DNA of 64,000 nucleotides from Geosiphon pyriformis uo1 (Eukaryota > Fungi > Glomeromycota), in the NCBI GenBank assembly GCA_016748015.1, contig JAAOMT010000134.1, forward strand, positions 936,757 through 1,000,756. Reading direction: 5' to 3'. The notes beneath the pieces were generated by a model. It ran no database searches. It had not been told where the DNA came from and saw only the letters and a program-made list of their open reading frames with translations. The translations under genes and the position numbers were made by a program. Shown here piece by piece: positions 11,078 to 23,651 of this stretch (within the stretch, counting starts at the first letter, position 1; every line of letters begins with the position of its first letter).

Positions 11078-14000
11078 ACCTTCATCAATATCACTGAACC
11101 ATTTAAGTTTCTGTTTCTTGGTGAAATCAGAAAGTGCGATAAATGTTTCAGGGTTTGAATTGGAGTTTGAATCATCATAATTTTTGTTGCTATTTGAAGC
11201 AGAGCTGAAACCATTGTTTTTATTGTCATTGTTATTGGAGTTTGAATCGGGATTGAAATTTGATTCCAATTCTGATGCACAGCTGCTAATTGGTTTTTTC
11301 TTCTCTGAGATTGTATAGATTATGTGAATTGGTGAATTGTAAATGAAGTCACACTTATTACAATATTGAAAGTTACAGGAAATTAAACAATAGTCACATA
11401 ATTGAGTGTTGATTTTTTCCAACTGTTGTTCTTGTTTCTCTCTAGTGAGTGCTAATTCCTGATAGTGTTTGTAGAATTTTTCTAAATCTAGTAGATTTAT
11501 GACTGGTTCTGGATCCCAGTCAAGTTCTATGGGTTTAGATGAGTTATTTTTAATTGTTTTTATTTCTTCTAATGACACTCCTTTGATTTTGGCGAGTGCT
11601 ATTTGCCAGATTTTGTCATCATTGTGTGGACATCTATCCAATCATTTGACTGCATGTCTCTAGGCGGCATCTATGGGTGTTCTTTTTCTCATCCAGTCAT
11701 TTATAAGAATTATGTATTGACATGATTTGTCGCATGTTCCTCCCCTTTCAGGAATGTCATTCCACATTCCTTCATCAAGAAGAGTTTTCTCACAAGCCAA
11801 GCACAGCTCATTATCCCATTTTTCCACTTGTTTTGGTCTTCTGAAACATTCTATGATACATAAGTGACAGTAAAACTTGGTTGCTGTCTGGTATTCCTCA
11901 TCATCACCACAGTAGGTGTTCATTAATGACAATTTCTTGCTGCAATTGACACATACCACTTTTGGGCAGCAATAAACAGATTGCTGTGGTATAGTATAGG
12001 AATTATAAGTGGTAGTGCTGGTGAATATTAATCTTTTTTCCTTTTTCTTTTGTCTTTTTTTCCCATTCTTAATTTATTAGCTTTTCCTGGTTGTCATTGG
12101 TTCTCCAGACTTGATTAGAATTCCAGGTAGGTTTTTCTCTTTTCTTTTTTTTTCTGTTGTTGTTCCACAAGAGTACTAATGGTAACTCATTGTGGTTTTC
12201 ATCAGCCCACAAGACTTGGTACACTTCCCAGGTAGGTTTCTTTTCTTTTTCCTTGAACTCAATAAAAGATGCTGGCATGTTGGTAGTCTTAAAATAACCA
12301 CATGTGGCTGGTACACAAGTGTGTTGATTATTCTGACTAAGTTGAAGCTCTTGCATGTTCCAGTCTAGCATGGCATTTGTTTTGACTAGTCAGTCATTAC
12401 CAATTAGTGCTTGGTACTGTGTTGCTTCCATCACTAGGACTTTAATGGATACTATAATGCCATTGATTTCAATAAGCAGATTGTCAATCTCACCAATTGG
12501 AGTTTTAGTCACTTCATTAGCTGTTATAATTCTAGCACTGACAGCTTGATCAACTCGATAACCTAATTGATCCATGAGTTGTTTTGTAATGATGCTGCCA
12601 GCTGATCTACTGTCTAGAATTAGTTTGATGGGATGGCCATCAACTTTGGCATCAGTGTACATAGCCATAATAGGTTTTTCCTCAAGGACAGCTCTACTAA
12701 ACAATGGTGTGGCTAACAGTTCCTCAAGTTTGAATGGGAAGATGGCATCCAGTAATTCGTTTTCAGTGATGGTAGCTGGTAGAATGTTGCTGGTAAGTGT
12801 TAGTTGTTGGTTGGTTTCCAGATTATTGGGTTGGGCATCTTTTGGGGTAATCAGTAAACTTAAATAGAGTTGGGAATTCGGATTTTGGGTGTACCTAGTG
12901 CCCAAATTCCATTGTCGAGATTCTGATGGCTGGTTTGAGGAACTGGGAATCAGTTGATGAACTACCATCAATGATCTCCAGCTTTGTTGTGTCAGTCTTG
13001 GTCTTTAGGTTTTGTTTTAAGGTAAGTACTGGGGCAGTGTTTAATTTTGTTTGGGCTGATAAATTACCTGAGGCTATGGCTAATAAATGAGTTGGGACTG
13101 TGGTTGATAAATTGATCCTGGAGACTGATAGACTGGAGGTAAGTATAATTGCTGTATCATTGGAGTTTGATACAATGACTGTGTTATTAGTAGATAATTT
13201 GGTTGATATAGAGCTGGGTTTGATTGATGATTCAGAATTTGAATCTGGCGATTGGGATTTCAATATTGATTTCTCAATCATTGGTTATTTAAACATTGGT
13301 GGCAATCAATTTGCAAGTGGCTTTGTTTACTACAATAGTGACAAGTGTGTGTTTTCTGTTGTCACTGTTGATTAGTCGTGGAAGATGCTGAATGTGACTA
13401 ATTTTGGAATCAATTTCCATTTCCCTGATTGTTGCATCATTGGGGAGGTTGATAAATGGCTTAATTGTTGTTAGCTAAGTACTTTTCTAATTTCTGATTG
13501 AGTAAGTCATTTAATTGCTTCAGTTTGGAATTCAAGTCAGATGATTTGTTCATTACTAAGTTTACAGTTTGGACATAGTTAGCTTCGAGTTCAGCTGCTT
13601 CAAAATCTCTGGTGTTTGTAACTGTGGCTTGAAAGTCTGCTGAATGCATTGGGTGTATACATTGAAAGATGCTGCTGTATAAGTTTCTAATAAATTGATT
13701 CAAAATTTGTGGTGCTGTGAAATAATCAGCCTGTATGGCCTGAATTTGGTGCAGATTTCTGTAGAAGCATCTTAAGTAAGTAGTGACTGCTTTATTTTCT
13801 CTTTGCTTGATGATGGTAAAAGTGTTTGCCAATTGGTTAATGCTATTATTATTACTGAAGTATCTCAAGAATGCGATTTTAAATTCCTGGAATGTTTAGA
13901 GTTTGGTGACTAAGCTTTGATATCATGAGTTAGCAGTATTCTATAAGAAATAGAGGATGGCTTGGAGTGCTCTTTGGTCATTCCATCCATTGGCTGCAAT

Positions 14001-14760
14001 GGCTTTTTTAATGTCATTAAGCCATATTTGGGTGTCATCTTTTTTGCCAGTGAATTTCTTAAGTTTTGCTATTGGAACATAGGCCATTAGATCCAAGTTT
14101 GGTTGTTGAAGTTGTTGTTGTGGCTGTTGAAATGGCTGTTGTGGTTGTTGTAATAGTATTTGTTGTAATTGGATCAGTTCAATTGGTGGCTAATCAATAA
14201 CAATTATTGGAGGTAAGTTTTGCTGATTAATTAACTCAGAGTTTGGATTGTTTTAATTCAGTGATGTTTAAATATTTGAAGTTCCGATTTCCAGATTTTC
14301 CAAGTTTAAATTTTGCTGAGTTTGTAGGTTTGGGGTTTCAATTTCCAGGTTTTCTGGAATCAGGTTCTGGTAAGTAAATTCTTGATCTTCAGATTCTTTT
14401 TTCTGTTCTCCTTCCAATTCCATTATTTCTCAAGGACTTATAGTTCTGAAATTGGATTGGGGTAGCAGAGATCGAAGTTCTAATGTCATTGGCAATCATG
14501 ACTTGAATCCTTTAAAATACGTGCCATATAATCTTAGAAGATCTTCTTTCTTTTGTTTACTCTGAAATGGGAATCATCCAAATGTTGATGTCATAGTTGA
14601 TATGAATATGCCTGTTGATATAATGTTAATGGCACTTCCAGGTGTATAGTGGTATGATGGATTTGCTGGTAATTCAACTCTGGTTTTCTTCCAAGTGGGT
14701 GGTTGTATTTGTTTTGGTGTTACTGCTGTTTGCAATCTTCTTTTGCCTTTGTCTGTGTAG

Positions 14761-15740
14761 TGTTACCAGAGGTTTTTGGTCTCTTTTCTTAAATGTTGTC
14801 AATGCTTGTTTGCTGTGAATTCACGTTTTCTGGATGTGGTTGAACCTCCAATAACTGAATTTATCTTCAAATTATCTCCTATAATTTGAATTGCTGGGCT
14901 TATAAGTAGAATGGCCAATTCCATGCCAGTTACTTTATGTAGTTACATTGTAGTAAATGTCAACTCTTTTCCAGGAATTGCTTGTCTGGAAGCTCACTAA
15001 AATGTATAATCACTTTGCTGTAAAAGTCAACTCTTCTTCAGAAATCTTGTCTGTAGACTACCCTAATGATTATAGTAAAAAAATAAAAAAGAAAATGAAA
15101 AGATGTAAAAGAAATGGAATTCTGTCAAGAGAAACGTTTTCAATCCAGGCCTGAAGTCACTAACAAATTATTGAAATTGGTAGCTAATCAATTTCAAAAC
15201 GTTAGTTGGGTTTTGGGAATTTTCCAAGTGCAATAATTAAAGAATTTGGTTTTTCGAATTATTTGATATTTATTTCTTTTTATATGTATAGGAATGGTTC
15301 TAAGTGATAAATCTAAAGTAAGATACATTTTCTCAAAGAGAGAAGCTCTTCTTTTATACAACTTGTCATAACACTATTCTATGAACTTGAACTTTGCTAT
15401 TTTCTACAATTTTGCTAAACTAAAGATACATTTCGGCGAACTACAAGTTATTTCTGCGAACTATTAGATATTTCGGTGAACTATCAATTATTTCAGCGAA
15501 TTTCTATAAATTTCAGCGAACTTTTGAATGTTACATAGTTTGGGGTATTGCATTATTGATCATCGTAATTAGGTTACATTTGTGTTGTGTACAATTTGGG
15601 TTATTAATTAAATGATAATTTCGGACATTTTTTTGCTAATGTAATAAGTGATAATTTGAACTGATAATATATGCTAATTAATGATAGAAATTATAAGATA
15701 GTTTCATGCTAAATAATATCTCTAATTTTGTTTGGTAACA
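14761..15740 (-). repeat. 3' LTR of A1
   Basis: TGTTACCA...TGGTAACA terminal inverted repeats; PPT GAGGAGGAGG on - strand at 15744-15753. Confidence 0.95.
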
Positions 15741-16428
15741 TAACCTCCTCCTCAAGATTGAGCTCCATCGAAGTCCAAGTACTGTTTGTTATTTCCAGAT
15801 AATAATCCAAAATTATTAAAGAAATTTGGTTTGAAAATTGTTGAAATTTCAGTTCTGTAAGCTTTCTAATGTATTGAATTTTCAAAGGTTGAAAAATTGG
15901 GTTTTGTAGTACGTTTTCACAGATGTGGAATAGGTCATAAAGTCTAAGAGCAGCTCTGAGCCTGTAGCGACTGTTTGTTGATCCAGCTGTTGTCTTGAAT
16001 TTGTTGTAGAGTTGTTTCTGAATAGCTTCTTTTGTGAGGTTTGCTGTTGTAAGTTCCAGTTTCCATTCATAGAGTGTTTTTCTAATGTGGAAATATCTAT
16101 AGATTGGAGGATATTCAGTGTTTTTCTCATTAAGACACAGTTGAAGTCTTTGTTGAATTGTAGCATTTAGTGGAATACTAATCGAAGTGAGCATTAAATT
16201 TTCTTTTAAAGCAAGCTTTAAAAGTTCTGGTAGGTGAATTCCAGTATAACTTCTTGTGTTCTTTTTATACAGGTGATATTTTTGTGAATTTGGGGCTAAA
16301 TTTGTAACTACTTCTGTTTAGATATAATTAATGTGGTTTCCAGTAACAATAATAGATAATTCAGGTATTGTTTTTAAAGTTAACATTAGTTTTTGGGATA
16401 ATTGTTGAATGTTTTGAGGAATAGTCAT
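15709..16428 (-). pseudogene. ORF3 (orphan 3' ORF) of A1, 240 codons, one internal stop
   Basis: MTIPQNIQQLSQKL...YRYFHIRKTLYEW...RAALRLYDLF...; reads through the PPT into the LTR; conserved in A2. Confidence 0.8.
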
Positions 16429-16549
16429 TATAAGCAATTTGAAATAAAAGAAAATTATTTTTGGTACATGGGTTTTTATGTTATTTTTGTTTTGTTTTTG
16501 TGAGATTGTTTCTAAATTATAAGAAAATAACTATAATAATAAATTTAAA

Positions 16550-17935
16550 TTAAGTGTTCAAGTTGGGAGGCTGTTCAATGACAACTATTGGTTCTAAATT
16601 TCAGGAAATATCTTCGGGATTGATTAAAGATGAATGTGTATCAATTTGTGAAATTAATGGTTCAGGATTGTTTCTGAAATTATAGTGTTTCAAATGATCT
16701 TCATGTGCAACTTTTGCTAGAATTTTGTCATCAAGTCTTAGCTTGTATAATCTGTTGCCTAAAACTTCATGGATAAAGAATGGTCCATCTCATTTATTTT
16801 CAAATTTCCTACTCCATTGTTTTTCAGCTTTAGTTCTGTGTAAGAGAACTTTGTTTCCGATTTTAAATTTATTGGTGACTGGAGGCAATTTGTCATCATG
16901 CCGTTCTTTTTGTCGAGCTTGGGAGTTTTCAATATAAGTGGCTGCTATTCGTCGTTTTCCTTTCAACATGCTAAGCAGAGTGTAAGCTCTTCATTAAAGT
17001 GTTTCCTGAAAATCATTTTTATTGATTAGTTGTGCTGGGTATGTTTCTACTGTGAACTTAATTGGTAGTGTTGCTGTCCTTCTGTAAGTTAAATCAAATG
17101 GTTTGTGTTTTGTGGTATCTTGTTTTAGTGTTCTATATGCTAATAACACTGATGGAATAAAGATATCTTATTCTTGCTCAAAATCAGTTAAAACTTTGGC
17201 TAATGACTCACACAATGTTCTGTTAAAACGTTCCATAAGTTTGTTTGTTTGTGGATGGTAAGGCGAAGACAGAGGTCTTTTGACATTGAATTGTTCGCAA
17301 ATTTCTTGTATTAGGTTGTTCACAAAATGTGTCCCTTAATTAGATAAAAGTTCAATTAGACATCTGTGTCTACAAATAATGTCTTCGTAGATAAAATTTG
17401 CTACTGATTTCACATCTACTTGTTGAATGGCTCTGGCTTCGGGCCATTTAGTAAGATAGTCTACAGCTACTGCAATATAACGGTTTCCTTGAGTGGTGAT
17501 AGATAATGGTCTGACTAAATCGATACCAACTCGGTCAAAAGGTTGTCCAACTTTAATTAGATTTAATGATTCAGTAGGGCGTGTTTCTCCTCTTCTTTGA
17601 CAACTATTACAAGATTCGACATATTCATGAATGTCTTTCCTCATTTGAGGCCAAAAGTAGTATTCTAGTGTTCTTTGGGTGGTGCTATCTTTTCTGAAGT
17701 GTACTGATAAAGGATCTGAGTGCATGTTGTATAATATGGTCTCTTTTTCTTGTTCTTGTATTAATCTAAGTGGTTTGTCTGGGTTTTTGAAATTTCAATG
17801 ATAAATAATGTTGTTGTATAGAAAATATTGTTTGGCTTGTTGTTGTAGTCAATGTTTTTCATCTGGAGACTAATCTGTTGGGATTGTTAATGTTTCCAAA
17901 TATTGTTTAAAATTGTTGTAGTTTTCTGAATTCAT
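16550..17935 (-). pseudogene. Stand-alone integrase ORF of A1
   Basis: ATG at 17935 (MNSENYNNFKQYL); HHCC, DDE core, DGPF; 462-codon span. Confidence 0.93.
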
Positions 17936-17984
17936 TGTTTGTTGGCTCTTTTGGTTAGTTAAGTTGAGTGTTGGTTTTTGTTTT

Positions 17985-20900
17985 CTAATCTTGTCTCATT
18001 CTGGAAAGACAGTCAACATTGGTGTGGAGTTTTCCTGGTTTGTGATGTACTATGTATCAATAGTTTGCTAGAAATCCTGTCCATCGGGTTTGTTTTGCAT
18101 TCAGCTGAGTATTTTTGTTTTGAAGCCATTTGAGTCCAATATTATCAGTGATAATATCAAATTCTTTAGGCCTGAGATAAAGGTTGAAGTGATATAGGGC
18201 CCAAATTACGGCTGCTGTTTCTAGTTCTATGGCAGGGTAGTTTTTCTCAGCTGGTTTTAATGTTCTGCTAGCATAAGCAATTACTCGCTTATTTCCGTTG
18301 TCATCTAGTTGTAATAAGATGGCACCAAAGGCAGTATGTGAAGCATCTGTAGCTAGTCGAAATTGGTTGCTGAAATCTGGGTAGGCGAGAATTGGAGCTG
18401 TTGTCAGTTTTTCCTTGAGAATTTCAAAAGCTTTTTGGTGTTCGGTAGTCCATTTGTATTCAACATTTTTGGTGGTGAGCTGGTTGAGGGGTTTTGCAAT
18501 TTCCGAGAATCCTTTGATAAACTTCCGATAGTAGGATGCTAATCCTATGAATTCTCTTAGTTCTGTAGTATTTTGTGGAACTTTGAAGTTCTTAACAGCA
18601 CTGATTTTTTCTGGATCTGGTTTGACTCCTTCTTCACTAACTATGTGACCAAAAAAGGCCAAACTTGTTTTTCCAAAATGGCATTTCTTAATGTTTAGTT
18701 TTAATCCTGCTTTATGTAATCATTGAAAAACTTCTTACAGGTGAAATAAATGAAGTTCGAAAGATGGGGAATAAACATCAGTGTCATCAAGATAGACAAC
18801 TACTGATTTCCAAAGGAGTCCAGCATATACAACATCCATGAGTCTTTGGAATGTTGCTGGCGCATTGTATAATCCAAAGAGCATTACATTGAATTCGTAG
18901 TTTCCTTCTTGTGTTGTGAATGCTGTTTTGGGGTGGTCCTTGGGATTCATGGCAACTTGCCAGTATCCGCTTTCTAGGTCTAATGTTGAATAGTATTTAG
19001 ATTTTCCAAGGGCATCTAACATGTCATCAATTTGTGGAAGAGGGTAAGCATCTCCAATGGTGATACTGTTGAGTTGTCAATATTCAACACAAAATCATAT
19101 CTTTCTATTCTTCTTTTTAACTAGGACTACTGGTGAGGCCCATAGACTCATTAATGGTTGGATAAGCCCATTGTTAAACATCTGTTGTACTTCTTCTTGG
19201 ATAAATTGGTGGCTTTCTGGAGCAACTCGGTAGGCTTGTTGTCACCTTGGTTTGGCATCTCCTGTATAGATTTGGTGTTGCATCAAATCGGTTCTTCCTA
19301 AGTCATTGTTGTTTTCAGCAAAGATATCAGCAAAATCTGCAATTAGTTTCTTGAGCTGGTTTTGTTGTTGTAGTTCAAGTTGTCCCATGTTGATTTGAGA
19401 TAGTTTTTCCATAACAATATGGTAGTTTTTGGAGCTGGAGTTTGGGTTGATTTTTGGTAGTGAATGTCCAATAATTTCAGAAAAATTGGGGACTGTTTGG
19501 GGTAATTCTTGTTGAAAGATGTTACTGTGAATGATTCCAATTTCTAAGTTATTTAATAAAACTATGGGATAATTGTTGGGATTGTAAAAAGTAATTTGGA
19601 CTTTCTTTGTTCCTTCTGGAATATAAATGTTTGGGATCAAGATATTATGTTTCAAGCAGATTTGTTTATTTGATTCAAAAATTTGTTGTGTGGTTGTTGG
19701 CTTTTCACAAATGTAAATTTCAGGGTATTCTCCAAAGGGTGAAATGGTAATTGGTTGTGGAAGTTGTAAAATCTGGTGAGATTTTTTCTGTTCATTAAGA
19801 GCTATGTTTACTGGAACTGTGAAACGTTCAGTTGAACCAAAACCTTGTGTTTCTCTTTCACTTTTTCCCAACTGTTTTCTTTGATTAACTAATTGTAAAC
19901 CCGAAATGTTGATTAAGGGTAAATAGATAGCTTAAGCAATTTTTTCAGCATATCCAATTTTGAAAGGTTTATCAGTTTCATTTTGTAACATGACTGTGAT
20001 GTCTCCTGTGTATTCAGCATTGATGATTCCTCCTCTAACATTGATTCCTTTGCTTGCCAAGGATGATTAGAAAGCAATTTGAACCATTGCTCCTGGTGGG
20101 ATTTCGAGGGCAATTTTAAGGTTGATTTTTGTAAGAAATTTGGGTTTGAGAGTAAGAGTATCTTTTCCTGGATATCTTAGATCATATCCAGCATCAATCT
20201 TGTGGGCTTTTTTTGGTTTTATTCCTTGTCCATTGTTGTTGAAATATTTGAGTTGTAAAGCAGGCTGATTTTTGATGAAATAGGTGGGTGTTGTCTCAAT
20301 TTCTTCTGTCACTTCAAGTTTTCTAAATTCAATTTTGTATTCATCATTTTTGCTGGACAAGGGAATGCTAAGAGCGTAGCATTCAGGACACCACTGTTCA
20401 TCACAAAGCATAATGCATTCTTCACATAGCCTAATGTTCATTTGCTCTAATCATTGAATTTGAGCTTCTTGGATTGGATAGGTGTGACTTGCAATTTGGT
20501 GGTAGACTTCTACTTTGTCTTCATAATCAAATTCAGCTAATTCCATGGTGTATTCAATGTATTCTGCTTCCTTCATTTGATGAACATCTTTTTTGGTAGC
20601 TCCATTAATTAATGCCATTGCTAGGTCAAAAATTATTTTGGCATTATGGGGGTAGTGATAAAGTTTGTTGAGAGCACTATTGTATACTGCATTAAAGAGT
20701 GTTCCTCTTTTTACTTTTTCTGAAATTAATAAAGCATATTGGCAGGTCTGATCGCAGACTCCTCCTCTCATGACTACATCAATCCAATTGCATTCTTTTG
20801 GTAGCATATCTCCACAAGTCAAACAAGAGGTGTTGTCCTATTTTTCACTCCTTTTTATTAGATGGTCCCATCATTCTCTGTGGCAAGTCTTGCAGTAATA

Positions 20901-23606
20901 ACAAGTATGATTTTCATATTCTTCTTTAGGTGAAATGCAGGCTCCCATTGATGATAGTTTCTTGTGGCAGTCCTTACATTTAAGGTGAATATAGGGGTGT
21001 TGTTTCCTTGGTTCAGGTTTTGAGTAAGAGATATTCCATCCAGAGGTTTTGGGTTCAGATTGTGGAGTAAAATGTTCTTGTTCTGTTTCATTGGCCTAGT
21101 TGGATGTTGATCCAAGAGCCATGAATGTTTCAATGAGAGGTTTTTCCTCTTCTGGTTCGAATTCAAAAGCTGGGGCTTTTTCAAAGCGTTTGTTAAATGT
21201 ACCACAAGTGGCAGGTACCCAGGCATATTGTTCTTGATAGAAGATTGTTAACTCTTGTGTTTCTCAATTCAGATTAGCATTGGCTTTTTGAAGCCAATCA
21301 TTTCTGACAAAAGCTTGGTACTGGGGTGCATCCATTACAAGAACTTTGACTGGAATGGTGATTCCATCAAGAGTGAATGGAAAATTGTTAATTTCTCCTA
21401 CTGAGGTCTTTTTCATGCCATCGGCAGTGACAATTACTGTTTGAGCTGGTCGGTCAACATTTCTTTTCAACTGTTGCATTAACTGGTAGGTAATAATGCT
21501 TCTGGTGGATCCACTGTCTAGGATCAAGCAAATTGTCTTTCCTTCGACTTCGGCTTTAGTATACATGGCTGTGATTGCTTTTTGTTCATTGGCAGCTGCA
21601 TTGCTAAGCAGAAATGGTGACTCATTTGCTTCGAACTCAAAAGGGAATATATCTGAAAGGTTAGTGTTTTTAGCAATTCTGGCTGGTGGAATTGTGGTGG
21701 GAGTATAGGAAGGATTTTGTTGTTGTTGTGCTGCAGCTCTACCTTCCAAGAGTGCAGTATGGTGAAAATTCTGTTCTTCCAGCATTGTTAAATAACTGGG
21801 TTGAGTGTGGTAGTGGTTGGATCTTGGTTGAGTGGTATTTTAGGGAACCAATTGGTTGTTCAAACTGATTCTATTGTTGTTTACTTGGTATTAGTTTTGT
21901 GGTGTGAATTGATTTTGTGTAAGCAGTCTTCGAGCAGGTACTTGATAATGTTGTGTGAGCAGTTGTTGATATTGCTGTGGGATTGGCTGTGAGGTGGACT
22001 GATAATAGTTATTTTGGTATTGGGGTTTTGGTGGATAGTAAGCTGGTGGTGGCGGTTGATAATAAAATTGCTGTGGTTGAGGGTAACGTTGATTACTCCT
22101 ATTTTGTTGGTCTCATTGTAGCTTTTTGCAATCTCTTTTCCAGTGGCCAGAGATTCTACAGTAATGGCAACTCTGAGGCTGGTTATTGGAAAGTGGTGCA
22201 AAGTTATTTTGATTTCGTCTTTGGGGTGGTTGATATCTTTGGGGTTGCTGTTGTTGTTGATTGGTGAAATAGTTTTCAACCTTCTTTGTGAATTGGTCAA
22301 TTTTTTCTTCAGCTGCTGAGCTGGTTTCTCCAATTGCCAAATTTACAAGTTTTGTGCGATTGGCCTCTTCTATGGCCATTTCGTATCTTTTTGCATACTG
22401 TATGGCAGAGTTTAAATCTTCTGGCACATGTGAGCAAACTTTTTTAATTAGTTTATCTTTTAGACCAGTGATAAATTGATCCAAGATTTGAGCATCAGAA
22501 TAATAATCGTTTGTTTTGAGTTGGCGAATTTGTCTAAGAAGTTTGTTGAATTTTTCAATATAAGTTATAACAGATTCGGAGAGTTCTTGTTTGATATTTC
22601 GAAAACAATTATGAAGGGTGATAGAGATATTATTGTTAGTGAACTGTTCAAGAAAGGCTGCTTTGAAAGCATTCCAATCATTGAATGGAGTGGCCAAGTT
22701 TTCAAACCATTCTCCTGCTGTTCTTTTGAGAAAGTAGGGAATTGTTTTTAACATTCTTTCAGCATTCCATCCATTTGCATCTCCAGCTTTAGTAACTTGG
22801 TCGAGCCATTCTTGGGAACTGGTTTCAATATCTTCTCCATTGAATTCAGGGATTTTTGTGATGTATGTTGTCATTTTGTCTTCTTCCTTTTCACTGTCTA
22901 TTGATTCTTCTTCAGTTATTTCAGAGTTGTTTTCTTCATTTGCTGTTGTCTCAGAGTGTTTACTTTAATTTTCAGCTAGAAAATCAAGGAGATTAGAACT
23001 AGTTTAAAGGAGTTCTTGTTGTCTGATGGAACTTCTGAGTGCTGTAAAATCTTCTGGTCTTGCAAATTGATTCAAGGGTGAATTAGGTGTTTGTGCTTAT
23101 GCAAGTAAAGCTGGAAAAGGTGTGATAGTAAGTGGAAGTTTTGAACTGGTTCCTTGTTCAGGTGTTTGTAAATGGTTGGCAGTTGTTTTTGGTAGTATTG
23201 GAGTATTTGGGGTGGTTCTTGAGTATTGCTTCAATTTGTTTTTGCCTTTGTTGTTTGTTTCTGTTTCCAATTCAAAATCAATAGTGTATTGAGACTGCAC
23301 TGGATATGTTTCTTCACAGTATTTGATAATGTTAAAATTAAGTTCGTGAAAGTAAGTGGCAAGTGTTTTACTGTTAAGGTCTTCAGTTCCCAACTGTGAA
23401 TAGTGTGCTAAATTATTGTAAAAGTTGCTTCTAACTTCTGAGATATTGTAATTTCCAAAAAGATAATTGTTGATGCGGTTTTCAATGTATTGGTATACTG
23501 ATTTCTTGACAACTTCAATTCCATCTGGAATGTTGAATTTTTGCTTGCAGTGGGTGTAAATTGACTGGTAATACTTTAGAGTTGTTGTGTCTGGTGTGGT
23601 CATCAC
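17985..23606 (-). pseudogene. Single-frame gag-pol of A1 (extension, capsid, CCHC, PR, Cys-rich, dUTPase, RT, RNase H)
   Basis: 5622 nt = 1874 codons from GTG at 23606 to TAG; CHYCRISGHWKRDC; LILDSGS; YLDD; LATDASH; ends DCLSRMRQD*. Confidence 0.93.
19830..20225 (-). pseudogene. dUTPase domain in A1 pol
   Basis: DAGYDLRY, SSLASKG, GIINAEYTGD, EKIA, RETQGFGST. Confidence 0.92.
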
Positions 23607-23637
23607 TTTGAAGTTGTTTTTGCTGTGTTGTTTTTGT

Positions 23638-23649
23638 GGGAGAGCACCA
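23638..23649 (-). promoter_or_regulatory. Primer-binding site, A1
   Basis: LTR end + TT + TGGTGCTCTCCC; A2 has TGGTGCTCTCTC at 37552-37563. Confidence 0.75.
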
Positions 23650-23651
23650 AA

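Larger units (their letters stand above)
7980..14760 (-). pseudogene. gag-pol of B1 (capsid, protease, Cys-rich region, dUTPase, RT, RNase H); 5' end continues at 24632-24937
   Basis: MAYVPIAKL at 14087; LILDSRSAGS protease; KTAFTT...YLDN RT; ITTNASGQALG RNase H; stop after LLQMRQI at 7980-7982. Confidence 0.92.

Noticed and set aside
14957-15154. Small ORF inside A LTRs (MSTLFQELLVW...)
   Set aside because: Its ATG is ACG in the A2 LTRs, so it is a CpG-decay product; antisense and low complexity
15430-15530. Repeat-spacer pattern resembling CRISPR
   Set aside because: 20-bp period with 7-nt spacers, inside LTRs, eukaryotic context, no cas genes
15709-16428. ORF3 as env or chromodomain
   Set aside because: No signal peptide, TM helix or chromodomain motif visible; too short for env
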